DNA of 64,000 bases, taken from a bacterium. GTDB taxonomy: Bacteria > UBA9089 > JAHJRX01. The notes under the pieces were generated by a model. That model saw only the letters and a program-made list of their open reading frames with translations, was not told the DNA's origin and did no database searches. Positions 11,197-20,811 of this stretch are shown here, piece after piece. The DNA lies in assembly GCA_018830565.1 (NCBI GenBank), contig JAHJRX010000043.1, positions 9,755-73,754 of the forward strand, given 5' to 3'. A program made the translations under genes and the position numbers. The first letter of the stretch is position 1. Each line of letters opens with the position of its first letter.

Positions 11197-11980
11197 TATT
11201 CCTCTTGCCGAGAAGTATTCGTAGAATAATAAATATTAACAAAGAAATAAAAATTAAGATTACTCCTACTGGCTGAGCATAAGAAAGACCATAAGATTGA
11301 AATCTTTCAAATAACAACACAGGAGCCACCATCGGATGATAAGCGATAATTAATACGGCTCCAAACTCACTAATTCCTCTGGCCCACATCATCATCATTC
11401 CAGAAATAATACTCCTTTTAGCCAAAGGCAAAGAAACAGTGGAAAAAGCATAAAATCCATTCGCCCCTAAAGTCCGAGCTGCTTTTTCTAATTTTACATC
11501 AACGGCTTGAAAACCTTCTTTAGCAGCATTAATTAAAAAAGGCAAACTCACAAAAGACATGGCTATTATTATCCCAGAGAGGTTACCAATAAATTCTAGA
11601 CCCAAAGAAGCAAATATCTTGCCAACTATAGAATTTCGATGAAAAGCCATTAAGAGAGCAATTCCAGCGGCTGTATGAGGAATGACTACAGGAAGATCAA
11701 TGATTCCTTCAATAATTTCTTTACCTTTAAAATCATAACGAGCTAAACAATAAGCTAATGGAATGCCAAAAATAAAAGCCAATAAAGTAGAGATTAAACC
11801 GGCATACATAGTTAATAAGATGCTCTGGTTAACTACATGGTCATTTAAGGTTTCCCATAGTATTTTAGGATTAGTAGTTATTACTATCTTTATCAAAGGA
11901 AAGAGAATAAAAAAGATAATAATGCTACCTAAAAAGAAGAATAATATCTTTAACTGGTTAAGGTTTCTTATCCTCTTCAT
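11192..11980 (-). CDS. ABC transporter permease, tungstate/molybdate (ModB/WtpB) type
   Basis: Six TM helices with the EAA-like loop (AKRSIISGMMMMWARGISEFGAVL) typical of the ModB/CysTW family. Confidence 0.75.
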   Translation of the reverse strand: MKRIRNLNQLKILFFFLGSIIIFFILFPLIKIVITTNPKILWETLNDHVVNQSILLTMYAGLISTLLAFIFGIPLAYCLARYDFKGKEIIEGIIDLPVVIPHTAAGIALLMAFHRNSIVGKIFASLGLEFIGNLSGIIIAMSFVSLPFLINAAKEGFQAVDVKLEKAARTLGANGFYAFSTVSLPLAKRSIISGMMMMWARGISEFGAVLIIAYHPMVAPVLLFERFQSYGLSYAQPVGVILIFISLLIFIILRILLGKRNI

Positions 11981-12926
11981 CTTTGTTGGAAACTAGATTA
12001 AGATGTCTTAATTCTTTAGGAAGATATTTTAAATTATTAACAATGGCTGGCGTTATCGGCGATTGACCAGATTTTAGGAACACTTTCTCACCTTCTTTAC
12101 TTAATAAATAACTAATAAATTTATAAGCCAAGTCTTTGTTGGGGGCATTTCTAGGAATGGTGAGGGCATAGATAATAGGTTCGCCAAAAACCTTGGTGTA
12201 AGTTCCTGGCTTCTGACCAGAAATCTTTAAAGAAGCTTTTTTATAGTCTTCTTTTAGTCTTATCTTTTCTAAATTTATCTCATCTGGTAATTTTACAAAA
12301 GAAAGACGATGTTGTTTGGCTATCGAAGAATAGCTAAAGACATAATCTAACTCTCCTATTTCTACTAAGGCAATTAAATCTGTTTCTTTAGGTCTTATAT
12401 TCTTAGAAGGACAATTTTGAGATAATTTTTTATATAAACCAGGTAATTGATAATACCTTTCGGCTAATTGCCAAACAAATAAGCTTCTATATCCACAAGG
12501 ATCTAAGTTAGGATCAGAATGTCCATAATTAACTCCTTTTCTAAGCAAAATTTTATACCAGTTATTAGAATTAATCTCCTTGGCATACTTACTATTCTCT
12601 GAATACATAATGACCATTTGATTACTAGCCCAGCATAAATACCAGTTAGTATCCTTAGGCATTAAGATATCGATAATGACTCGATAATCAGAGACAGCCA
12701 CTATATCAGCTTCCTTGTCTAATTCGCTAACACTACGAGCCGCAAGCCTACTTCCCAGTGATTCTCTTAGGACATCAACGTCAGGATACGCTTTCTCAAA
12801 TTGCTCTTCTAATGTTTTAAATGGCCCAGCAAGACTTCCGGCGTGAAAGATGATTAAATTAGCCTTATCAAGATCTTTTGCTTGCCCAGTCTTTAAGTCT
12901 CCTGATAATAAGAAGACGATGACCAT
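11958..12926 (-). CDS. tungstate/molybdate ABC substrate-binding protein (WtpA/ModA-like)
   Basis: IFHAGSLAGPFKTLEEQFEKAYPDVDV...VAVSDY pattern of ModA/WtpA. The ORF-track start at 12962 lies inside MITE copy D. An internal ATG at 12924-12926 (MVIVFLLSG..., signal peptide) is the more plausible start. Confidence 0.7.
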   Translation of the reverse strand: MVIVFLLSGDLKTGQAKDLDKANLIIFHAGSLAGPFKTLEEQFEKAYPDVDVLRESLGSRLAARSVSELDKEADIVAVSDYRVIIDILMPKDTNWYLCWASNQMVIMYSENSKYAKEINSNNWYKILLRKGVNYGHSDPNLDPCGYRSLFVWQLAERYYQLPGLYKKLSQNCPSKNIRPKETDLIALVEIGELDYVFSYSSIAKQHRLSFVKLPDEINLEKIRLKEDYKKASLKISGQKPGTYTKVFGEPIIYALTIPRNAPNKDLAYKFISYLLSKEGEKVFLKSGQSPITPAIVNNLKYLPKELRHLNLVSNKDEEDKKP

Positions 12927-12927
12927 T

Positions 12928-13014
12928 AAAGCACTTATTAATGAAAATTTGACATAGAGCAAATTAATTTAACTCCAAACAAGTTTATCTTTTGTTACTC
13001 GGTATTATTTCCTT
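12928..13014 (-). repeat. MITE-like repeat, copy D (truncated at both ends)
   Basis: Matches the internal part of copy C. Bounded by the binding-protein gene 5' end and the stop of the J-domain gene. Confidence 0.65.
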
Positions 13015-13808
13015 TGATTGATCTTATCTTCTTCAAAATTATATTCTAAAGTTTCTAAGGCTTTCTTAACATTAAATCTTACTTCTTCAGATTCTTGTTC
13101 GTTATAAAATATCTCTAAAAGAGGAGGAATAGCTCTTTTATCCTTTAGTCTTCCTAAGCTTTCCGCGGCATAATTTCTTACTAATTCCCATTTATCCTTT
13201 AATCTTTCTATTAATGGCTCTACCGCTCTAAGATCTCCAATTTCACCTAAAGCCACCGCCGCAAAATACCGAACTTCATGATTTTGGCAACTTAATTCAT
13301 CAATTAAAGGTAACACTGTGGGTTCTCTAATTTCAACTAACTTCATCTTAGCTTTCCAGCGAAATTCAATAGAATTTCGAGGATCTTTGATAATCTTAAG
13401 GAACAACTTTATTCTCTCGTCCTTATTTTCTTCTTCTTTTTTGTAAAATTTTTCTCTCTTAACTTCTTTATGCTTAATTAATTCCTTCAACATCTCTTCT
13501 TCTTTCTTTTTATAATACTCTTCTCTTTCTTTGGATCGATTCAACATTTCTTCTTTGTGTACCTTAAATTGATAAGAATATAAAAAGACATCTTTTTGTT
13601 TATAATAATCTTTATCGAAGGACTTTCTTCTTTCAGGGTCTATCAGGACACCATAAGCTTCAGTAACCTCAATCATCTTTTCTTCCTGCCCTAACATCCG
13701 ATCAGGATGATATCTTAAAGCTAACAATCGATAAGCTCTTCTAATCATAGGAGCCTCGGCATTTGGACTTACTTGTAATACTTGATAATAATCTTTAAAT
13801 CTTGACAT
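13005..13808 (-). CDS. J-domain protein with C-terminal HEAT-like (PBS lyase) repeats
   Basis: N-terminal DnaJ signature YYQVLQVSPNAEAPMIRRAYRLLALRYHPD. The C-terminus has repeated ...VRxxAAxALGxIGDxRAVxPL... HEAT repeats. Confidence 0.7.
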   Translation of the reverse strand: MSRFKDYYQVLQVSPNAEAPMIRRAYRLLALRYHPDRMLGQEEKMIEVTEAYGVLIDPERRKSFDKDYYKQKDVFLYSYQFKVHKEEMLNRSKEREEYYKKKEEEMLKELIKHKEVKREKFYKKEEENKDERIKLFLKIIKDPRNSIEFRWKAKMKLVEIREPTVLPLIDELSCQNHEVRYFAAVALGEIGDLRAVEPLIERLKDKWELVRNYAAESLGRLKDKRAIPPLLEIFYNEQESEEVRFNVKKALETLEYNFEEDKINQRK

Positions 13809-13825
13809 CTTTACTTTCTATGAAG

Positions 13826-14548
13826 CTAAATTAAGGATATTTTTAATATAATACCTAAAGTCAGACTAACTAACACATTAACTAAGAAATCTCTTTTATG
13901 GTTACCCTTTTTTAAAAATTTTCTTAAAATAAACAAGAATGGAATAACTAACAAAAAATATGAAGGTAAAAAGCTTGATAAGAAAGTAATTCCTGCTCTT
14001 TCGGCCATATTATAATAGATATAACTAACCGTAATGGTCTCTCCTATCTCTTGAAAAAATATCTTTTTTAGATAAGGTATCAATATATTCCCTCCGTAGG
14101 TAGCTACAATAAAAATACTCAGACCAAGGATAAATTCGTTGCTCTGATAAGTCTTATTTAATACTTCCCAGGAGAGAAGATGACCAGATACCCTTACTGA
14201 AGAAAGACCAAAGATATCTAAGTAAGATATGGCCCAAATTACTAAAATATGCAAACATTGATCAAGTCCAAAGATAAATAAATTATCACTTTGATACCTA
14301 AAGAAGAAATTAACCTTAGATTTATCGATGAGAAAATGAGTTAGCCAACAAAATATAACCGCTAACCACATTCGCATAGAGATTAAATATGGATAACACA
14401 AGATAGCAGCAGTAGCGGCAAAGATTCCACTATGAATAAGGATACCATAATTATTTTTGATTTTCCATTCAAAGATCTTCTTAGTCTGAAAAGGAAAATC
14501 AGCTAAAAAATGGGCTAATAAAAGTCGATAAGATAAGAATATTTCCAT
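13826..14548 (-). CDS. integral membrane protein, function unknown
   Basis: Multiple hydrophobic helices. No recognisable motif. Confidence 0.4.
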   Translation of the reverse strand: MEIFLSYRLLLAHFLADFPFQTKKIFEWKIKNNYGILIHSGIFAATAAILCYPYLISMRMWLAVIFCWLTHFLIDKSKVNFFFRYQSDNLFIFGLDQCLHILVIWAISYLDIFGLSSVRVSGHLLSWEVLNKTYQSNEFILGLSIFIVATYGGNILIPYLKKIFFQEIGETITVSYIYYNMAERAGITFLSSFLPSYFLLVIPFLFILRKFLKKGNHKRDFLVNVLVSLTLGIILKISLI

Positions 14549-14607
14549 ATTATTCTCTTAATATATTCATATTATTTTTTTAATATATTATTCTTATTTA
14601 TTCTTAT

Positions 14608-16512
14608 TTATTCTTTTAATTTAATGACCTCGTATACTTGAATAAAGTCTTTTTTTCCTTTAACCTTAACTGCCTCTAACTTAACTACTTCCACCAAATC
14701 TTTTATTTTTTGATAAGTACTTTCACTAATAATTATCTGCCCCTCTTGGCTAAGAGACTGTAATCTTGAGCATAGATTAACATTATCGCCAATCACTGTA
14801 TATTCCATCCGTTCTTTTGAGCCAATATTTCCCACCACCACTTCTCCGGTATTAATTCCAATGCCAATATTAAGAGCTGATATATCTTCTCTTTTAAATT
14901 CTTCATTAAGTCTTTTAAGTTCTTCTCTCATCTTAAGAGCTGTAAAGACAGCTTTCTTGGTATGGTCGGGAGTATAAATAGGCGCTCCATAAAAAGCCAT
15001 AATTCCATCTCCTATAAACTTATCTAAGGTTCCTTCGTATTCAAAGATAATCTTAGACATAGAGGTAAAATACCTATTTAAGATAAAGACTACTTTCTCG
15101 GGTAAAAGTTGTTCTGACATAGTAGTAAATTTCCGGATATCAGAAAATAAAATGGTTACTTCTTTCTTTTCTCCTCCTAATTTTAGTCCTTCTGGGTTAT
15201 TTAAGATTTCATTGACTATGCCAAAACTAACATACTTTTCAAAGATACTCCTTATCTTTTTCTTCTCTTTTTCTTCAAACCGATATCGATAAATCCAATT
15301 TCCTAAAAAAGAAAAAAAGATAACCATCAGTGGTTGGACACAAGGTAGCCAAATATTTAAAGCGTTAAAATAGTAAAGGATAAGGATAAGATAAGATAAT
15401 AATATTAAGAAGACTACCAGAATGCCAATCATTAAACTTAAAGAGGCAGAAAAAAAACCAACTAAGATTCCTAAAAAGATAACTAAACAAAGAATAGCCT
15501 TTTCACTAACTTTAACTAAGTAAGTATTATCTTTTATATTCTTAATAATATTAGCATGGATTTCTACCCCTGGATAAGCTGGAGAAAAAGGAGAAGAGCG
15601 AAGGTCCATTAAGCCAGGAGCTGAAGTTCCAAATAAGACTATTTTATCTTTAAAGACCTCACAAGGAACTCTTTTTTCTAATACCCAATGATAAGAAATA
15701 TAACGATAGGAAGGAGTTGGGCCTTTATAATTAATAAGCATTCGACCTGTCTTGTCTATGGGTATCTTTATCTCCTTAATTTTAATATATTTTCCTAAAA
15801 GAATTTCTACTTCCTCCTTCTTGGCTCCTAAATATAATCTAATAATTTCTAAGGCAAAACTTGGGTAGACCCGGCCCTTATATTCTTTAATTAAATAAGT
15901 ATTTCTAACAATTCCATCATCATCAGGCATGGTATCCAGATAACCTAAACCGCCGCTAGCTTCTGTCAAAGAAGGAATAGGTAAAGAAGCAAATTTATTC
16001 TTTAATAGATCTACTTTTCCTCGTTCTTTCATTGGATATGAAAAATTTTTAAAGAAACTTTCTTTTCTAAGGTTTACTACTTCGTCTTTTTCTTTTCCCC
16101 CCATAAAATAAGAATGAACTACCTTTCTGGCTTTCATTGTATCGGCACAGAGAGCTTGATCTTGGGTTATATCTTTATCCTCTTCGATAAATAAGATATC
16201 AAATCCTATCGCTTTTGGCTCTCCTAAGCTTATATAATTTAGAGCCTGTCCATGATAAGAACGTGGCCAGTCATAAAATTTACCTAACTTATCAAGAGAA
16301 ATCTCATCAATATCAACAATAACTATATCTTCAAAGATTATTTCCTTGTTTTTCTCCGCCTGAGTCTTTCCACGAAGTTTAAATCTTAAATCTAAGGTCT
16401 TAAATTCAAAATCTTCAAATATGTAAATATGACTAGTGATAAAGTAAATTAAACAAGCCATTGCCAGGCTTATGATAATTCCGTGAAGAATAAATTTAGC
16501 TCTTTTTTTCAT
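14608..16512 (-). CDS. CHASE2 sensor-containing class III adenylate/guanylate cyclase
   Basis: N-terminal TM, periplasmic CHASE2-like domain and a TM block. C-terminal cyclase domain (ILFSDIRKFTTMSE...FIGDGIMAFYGAP...GINTGEVVVGNIGS). Confidence 0.85.
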   Translation of the reverse strand: MKKRAKFILHGIIISLAMACLIYFITSHIYIFEDFEFKTLDLRFKLRGKTQAEKNKEIIFEDIVIVDIDEISLDKLGKFYDWPRSYHGQALNYISLGEPKAIGFDILFIEEDKDITQDQALCADTMKARKVVHSYFMGGKEKDEVVNLRKESFFKNFSYPMKERGKVDLLKNKFASLPIPSLTEASGGLGYLDTMPDDDGIVRNTYLIKEYKGRVYPSFALEIIRLYLGAKKEEVEILLGKYIKIKEIKIPIDKTGRMLINYKGPTPSYRYISYHWVLEKRVPCEVFKDKIVLFGTSAPGLMDLRSSPFSPAYPGVEIHANIIKNIKDNTYLVKVSEKAILCLVIFLGILVGFFSASLSLMIGILVVFLILLSYLILILYYFNALNIWLPCVQPLMVIFFSFLGNWIYRYRFEEKEKKKIRSIFEKYVSFGIVNEILNNPEGLKLGGEKKEVTILFSDIRKFTTMSEQLLPEKVVFILNRYFTSMSKIIFEYEGTLDKFIGDGIMAFYGAPIYTPDHTKKAVFTALKMREELKRLNEEFKREDISALNIGIGINTGEVVVGNIGSKERMEYTVIGDNVNLCSRLQSLSQEGQIIISESTYQKIKDLVEVVKLEAVKVKGKKDFIQVYEVIKLKE

Positions 16513-16610
16513 CTTTGGTGGTTGCTTTATAAAAAATAACCTCCCTTTTAAAAATAAGGGAGGTTATTTTTATCTTTAACTATTAAGTTCTGTGTTTAAG
16601 ATTATTAAGA

Positions 16611-18623
16611 TTAAAAGTCTACCCTCGTAGACAAGGCTATGTTTCTTACCGGCTTTAACTCACCGTTTTCCTTTTTATAAGTTTGAGTATAAACATAGAC
16701 TAAACTCACCGGACCAGAAAGGCTATAACCTACCTTCCATTCAATATAAGTCTTTTCTGTCTTAAGCTTTAGCCGAGTAACATCATCTTGAAAATAAGAA
16801 GCTTCTGCTAAAGTTATTTGAGGCACTATCTTTTTAAGTAGCTTTACTTTTGCCGATAAGTTAGGATTGGTCTCATTATAATCTTCATAATAAGCACTCA
16901 TAGAAACAAAGTCAAAGATATTTGAGGAAAACTCGGCATAAACACCTTTTTTTGCCTTATTGCTTGACTGAAGAGTATCTTTCTTGGTATCTCTTTCTAG
17001 ATCATAGAGATAATTAAAATATCCTGGAATAAAGTCTTGATCCATAGTTCTATACTCAGCTTTAAACATGGCCATTGGAAGCTTTATTAACAATCCAGGA
17101 ATAGCGCTACCTTTTCCATGGTCTTTTATCTCAGCTATATCTGCATAAAGAATAACATTTAAAATTTTACCTTCTTTTAAGGGCAACTCCACATCAAAAC
17201 CTTTAATAACTAATTCTTTATTGTCACCTTTAGGATCTCTATCTACACAATAAGTTCCTCCAAAAGTAACTTTATTTAACAAGAAGAGAGTCTTCCTGTC
17301 GACCAATGGTCTTGCGTAAGCTCTTATCCCATAAATATTGGTCTTATTTAGATCGTCAACTATGCCCTCTAATCCTAACATTCTGCTGTTTATCCCTAAT
17401 TCTACTCCTTTTTTTCTCACATTAGGATACTTAATTAGATTAGAATACTTATTCATAATCATGCCGTGTCCTAAGGTAACATTACTTATGCCCCCAAGTC
17501 TTATATAAAAAGGCTCTCTCGGCTGCCCATAACGAACGTAGATGACTTTCTCTAAAATATCTGAAGCCTCATCCCAATCTTCCTTCCTGATCTTATTATC
17601 CTTATCAATAAGAATAAAGCCATCTAAACCCACGCCTACCTTTCCTAAACAAAACTCAGGTTGAAATGAAATCCGTTGATATAGTTTTCCATCTATTACC
17701 TCAGTCCCATACTCTCCTGTTAAGCTAACATTTTTTCTCCAGGCAGGTTTTCCTTTTTTCTTTGGCTCTTCTAAAGCTTTTTCTGTTTCTTCAGCTGCTT
17801 TTTCTTCTTTTATCTCTTTTTCTTCAGCTTTCTTTTCAACAAGACCATACTTTATTAGCTCCTCTTCATTAAGATTTCTAGGAGGTGTTGGTTTTTGGTC
17901 TAAACTTACCGTAGTAACTTGACCTTTAGATAAGATAACTTTTTCGTTAAAGACTAAATCATTTACTTCTACCTCTCCATCTAAACAAACTACATTGGTC
18001 ATCTCATCCAAACCTTCGCAGACAATAAAATCTGTACCTCTAACACCAGCTACTGCTTGTAATGTTTCTACTTGATACTTACCTTGACGTTCCCTAAGTC
18101 CTTCCACATGAGATCTTATCTCTCCTAACCAAAGTTTAATGGTTGCCGACCAAGAACCTTTTTCTTCTTTCTCTGACAGAGCTAAAACTATATGAGTATT
18201 AGATTTCACCGTAACCTTATCTTCATTATTTAAAGTAACCACTACCTGAGAATCATAACCGGTACGAATTTCATCTAAAGGCTTTAAATCCATATTTAAC
18301 TTGGCTAAAATCCACTTCTCTTCCCCTGCTTTCTTTACTTTTGCTGATCCAGCTAAAAAAGTAATCTTAGCCGGTAGGGAAAGCTTGAGTACTTTTTCTA
18401 CCTTTTTAACTTCTTCTTTCTTTACTTCTTCTTTAATTTGAGGAATTTGAGGCTTTTCTTTTATTTCTTTGGCAGGATTTATTTTCTCAGCAGGAATAGT
18501 TAAAACTTTTTGTTCCTCAATCCTTTCTCCTGGTGTTTCTTGGGCACAAACTACGCTAATCCCAAAGATAAAGACAAAAATGGTCATTAAAATAATTAAC
18601 TTTTCTTTAGTTAAGTTTATCAT
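16611..18623 (-). CDS. secreted FecR-domain protein
   Basis: Signal peptide, FecR-like segment (VAGVRGTDFIV) and a long C-terminal region. A common partner of CHASE2 cyclases. Confidence 0.55.
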   Translation of the reverse strand: MINLTKEKLIILMTIFVFIFGISVVCAQETPGERIEEQKVLTIPAEKINPAKEIKEKPQIPQIKEEVKKEEVKKVEKVLKLSLPAKITFLAGSAKVKKAGEEKWILAKLNMDLKPLDEIRTGYDSQVVVTLNNEDKVTVKSNTHIVLALSEKEEKGSWSATIKLWLGEIRSHVEGLRERQGKYQVETLQAVAGVRGTDFIVCEGLDEMTNVVCLDGEVEVNDLVFNEKVILSKGQVTTVSLDQKPTPPRNLNEEELIKYGLVEKKAEEKEIKEEKAAEETEKALEEPKKKGKPAWRKNVSLTGEYGTEVIDGKLYQRISFQPEFCLGKVGVGLDGFILIDKDNKIRKEDWDEASDILEKVIYVRYGQPREPFYIRLGGISNVTLGHGMIMNKYSNLIKYPNVRKKGVELGINSRMLGLEGIVDDLNKTNIYGIRAYARPLVDRKTLFLLNKVTFGGTYCVDRDPKGDNKELVIKGFDVELPLKEGKILNVILYADIAEIKDHGKGSAIPGLLIKLPMAMFKAEYRTMDQDFIPGYFNYLYDLERDTKKDTLQSSNKAKKGVYAEFSSNIFDFVSMSAYYEDYNETNPNLSAKVKLLKKIVPQITLAEASYFQDDVTRLKLKTEKTYIEWKVGYSLSGPVSLVYVYTQTYKKENGELKPVRNIALSTRVDF

Positions 18624-18855
18624 TAATCTTCCTCCCTATTGTTCATTATTCTTTAAATAATAATGCACTTTTTATCTTTAATTGTCAACAAAATTTGTTT
18701 AACTGATGTTATGATTTCATAGACCTTTTTTTCTTTGACAGTTGCCAAAGATTTGGCTATAATTAAGAGGTTGGAAAGATTTAAACTTTAAGCAAATAGA
18801 ATGAAAATTATAAGAAAAAATTATAAATTATATGTGTTAATAAATTGGTGAAAAG

Positions 18856-19188
18856 ATGAGCTACCAACATAAAAACCTGGCTGATGGTAGATGGTTTGAA
18901 CTTTCGTTTCCGGTTCAAATGGCTAATATTGGAAGTGAAGTCAATCGGGCTATTAACTGGAAGAATAAAAATAATCCAGAATATAGCAGGCAAGCTTTCG
19001 AACGAGTTTTAGAACTTCTCCATTTAACCATTTCTGACCCAAAAAATAAAAAACGTCTCAGAGAATTAACCCGTCTTTATGAGATCTTAGCTGACTACTT
19101 TGCTTTTGACAATGAATATGGCTCTACTGACCAATCCTGGCAAAATTATTTCTTGGCCTTCAATTATTTAGCACGAGCAAGGTATTGA
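18856..19188 (+). CDS. hypothetical protein
   Basis: 110-aa ORF with a plausible RBS (gaaaagATG). No recognisable domain. Confidence 0.3.
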   Translation: MSYQHKNLADGRWFELSFPVQMANIGSEVNRAINWKNKNNPEYSRQAFERVLELLHLTISDPKNKKRLRELTRLYEILADYFAFDNEYGSTDQSWQNYFLAFNYLARARY

Positions 19189-19281
19189 TATTTGTCAGCT
19201 AACGAGACATTATAGAATAATATTCTTCTCTTCTTTTAGGTATTGAACGAGTGTAACTTATTTTTTTCATATCAAGTTAAT

Positions 19282-20082
19282 TTAAAAGACCATCGTTAAG
19301 CTAAATTGGTTAGTAAAGGAGAGAACAGGATGGCTTACCAAGGCATAATCAAGAAATACCCTTTTTTTCTTTATCCCTAATCCTAAAGTATATCTTTGTG
19401 GTTTGGTCAAAAATCCATTTCGAATGATAAAGCCCTGATCTAAGTATAATTCAATTCCTATATATATTCGTTGATGGCTATCAAGATCACTAACAAATAT
19501 AGCGGCTGGATTAAGATCTAATTTAAGACCAACTCTATAATTAAGAGGCAAGCTTTCTCCTAAAAATGGCTGGTTGATATTTTTGACCATCAGGCCAAAA
19601 GAAAGATTTTTAGTTGCCTCATATAAAAATCCTAGATCAATACCAGTGGAAGAAACTTTTCCGGCCTCAAATATTTCTAATCTTAACCATTTAATATTTA
19701 AACCTAAATAAGAGTTTTTAGATAAAGAAAGAGCATAAGATAAAGACAAACATTTTTCTTGGTAGAGGTCTTTTCCAAAAAATTGGATATCTAAAGCTAA
19801 GGTTTGATGTTTTTTTAAAGGAAGAGTAAGGCTTAGTGATTGATTTCTTAATGGGGAAAGATTAAATAGTGATTGGTAGTTACTACTTATGGTAGGAAGG
19901 ATGAGCTTGCTAAGACCAGCAGGGTTATAGTAAATAGCATTATAATCATTAGCTAAAGCGGTAAAGGCACCACCTAATCCTTGGGCTCTACTCCCCAGTA
20001 TCTTATCTTCAAAAGCAGCAAATATGGAGGTAGGAAAGATTAAGATGATCAGGATAATAATTTTACTGATGAAGGGCATCAA
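19282..20082 (-). CDS. outer-membrane beta-barrel protein (FadL/PorV-like N-terminal motif)
   Basis: Signal peptide, YNPAGL motif, alternating amphipathic strands and a C-terminal Phe. Confidence 0.45.
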   Translation of the reverse strand: MMPFISKIIILIILIFPTSIFAAFEDKILGSRAQGLGGAFTALANDYNAIYYNPAGLSKLILPTISSNYQSLFNLSPLRNQSLSLTLPLKKHQTLALDIQFFGKDLYQEKCLSLSYALSLSKNSYLGLNIKWLRLEIFEAGKVSSTGIDLGFLYEATKNLSFGLMVKNINQPFLGESLPLNYRVGLKLDLNPAAIFVSDLDSHQRIYIGIELYLDQGFIIRNGFLTKPQRYTLGLGIKKKRVFLDYALVSHPVLSFTNQFSLTMVF

Positions 20083-20412
20083 TTGTCTTAATACCTAAAT
20101 TTCCGAATTTTTATAACTATTTTATAGCTATAAGTTGGTAACCCTTTAAAAATAAAGGGAATTAACCCCGGTTATTGTTCCCGGTCATAGTTATAGTAAA
20201 ATTATAATTCGGAAGAAAAAATATGTCAAAATAAAAATAAAGATTATGGCAATCGGTTAGTCATTGGTATTTTTAAACCAATCTTCAAGGCTTGGCTTTT
20301 TTAATCTCTTTTGAGCAGTTGGCCAAACAATTATCAAGATAGATCTGGTTAATATTCCTTTCTTAGGCTGAGAACCAAAACTTACTTTCTTAGCAAGGAC
20401 AGGAGGTCTTAA

Positions 20413-20432
20413 TTTTCGTTAATAAGTGCTAT
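20413..20432 (-). repeat. solo TIR fragment of the MITE-like family
   Basis: ttttcgttaataagtgctat matches the element terminus. Confidence 0.4.
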
Positions 20433-20490
20433 CGACGGCATTAATTTAATTTTCATTGACTAAGAATAGACTTATTTGATATATTTTTTT

Positions 20491-20762
20491 AGTCGTGCTA
20501 GACGGGGAGCCAGCGGTGCCCTGTAACCTGCAATCCGCTATAGCAGGGTTTAATTCCTACCCTAAGTTTTATTAACCATTAGATAAGTTTTTAAAAAGTA
20601 GTGTTGATAGCTAAGTCCTTTGCAATTATTTATTACCTAACTCCGCCAGGTCTGGAAAGAAGCAACGGTAAGTAATGGGTAATTGGCAAGAGGGCTGCTT
20701 AGCTGGAGCTAACCATTAAGAACTTACTTTTAGTTAGAAATTAAAGGTAGGTGCACGACTAA
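20491..20762 (+). ncRNA. ffs: signal recognition particle RNA, long (Bacillus-type) form with Alu domain
   Basis: 5' region GUCGUGCUAGACGGGGAGCCAGCGGUGCCCUGUAACCUGCAAUCCGCUAUAGCAGGG closely parallels the B. subtilis scRNA Alu domain. Domain IV motif CCAGGUCUGGAAAGAAGCAAC is present. The 3' end GGUGCACGAC pairs with the 5' end. It sits immediately upstream of dnaX, as in many Firmicutes-like genomes. Confidence 0.8.
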
Positions 20763-20811
20763 ATTTTTTTAATAAAGATTTTTAATAAAGAGTAAGAAAA
20801 ATAAGAAAATT

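Noticed and set aside
12927-12962. N-terminal 12 codons of the WtpA-like ORF as given in the ORF track (MLYVKFSLISAL)
   Set aside because: These codons are the reverse complement of the MITE copy D terminus. The internal Met followed by a signal-peptide-like segment (MVIVFLLSG) is the more credible start.
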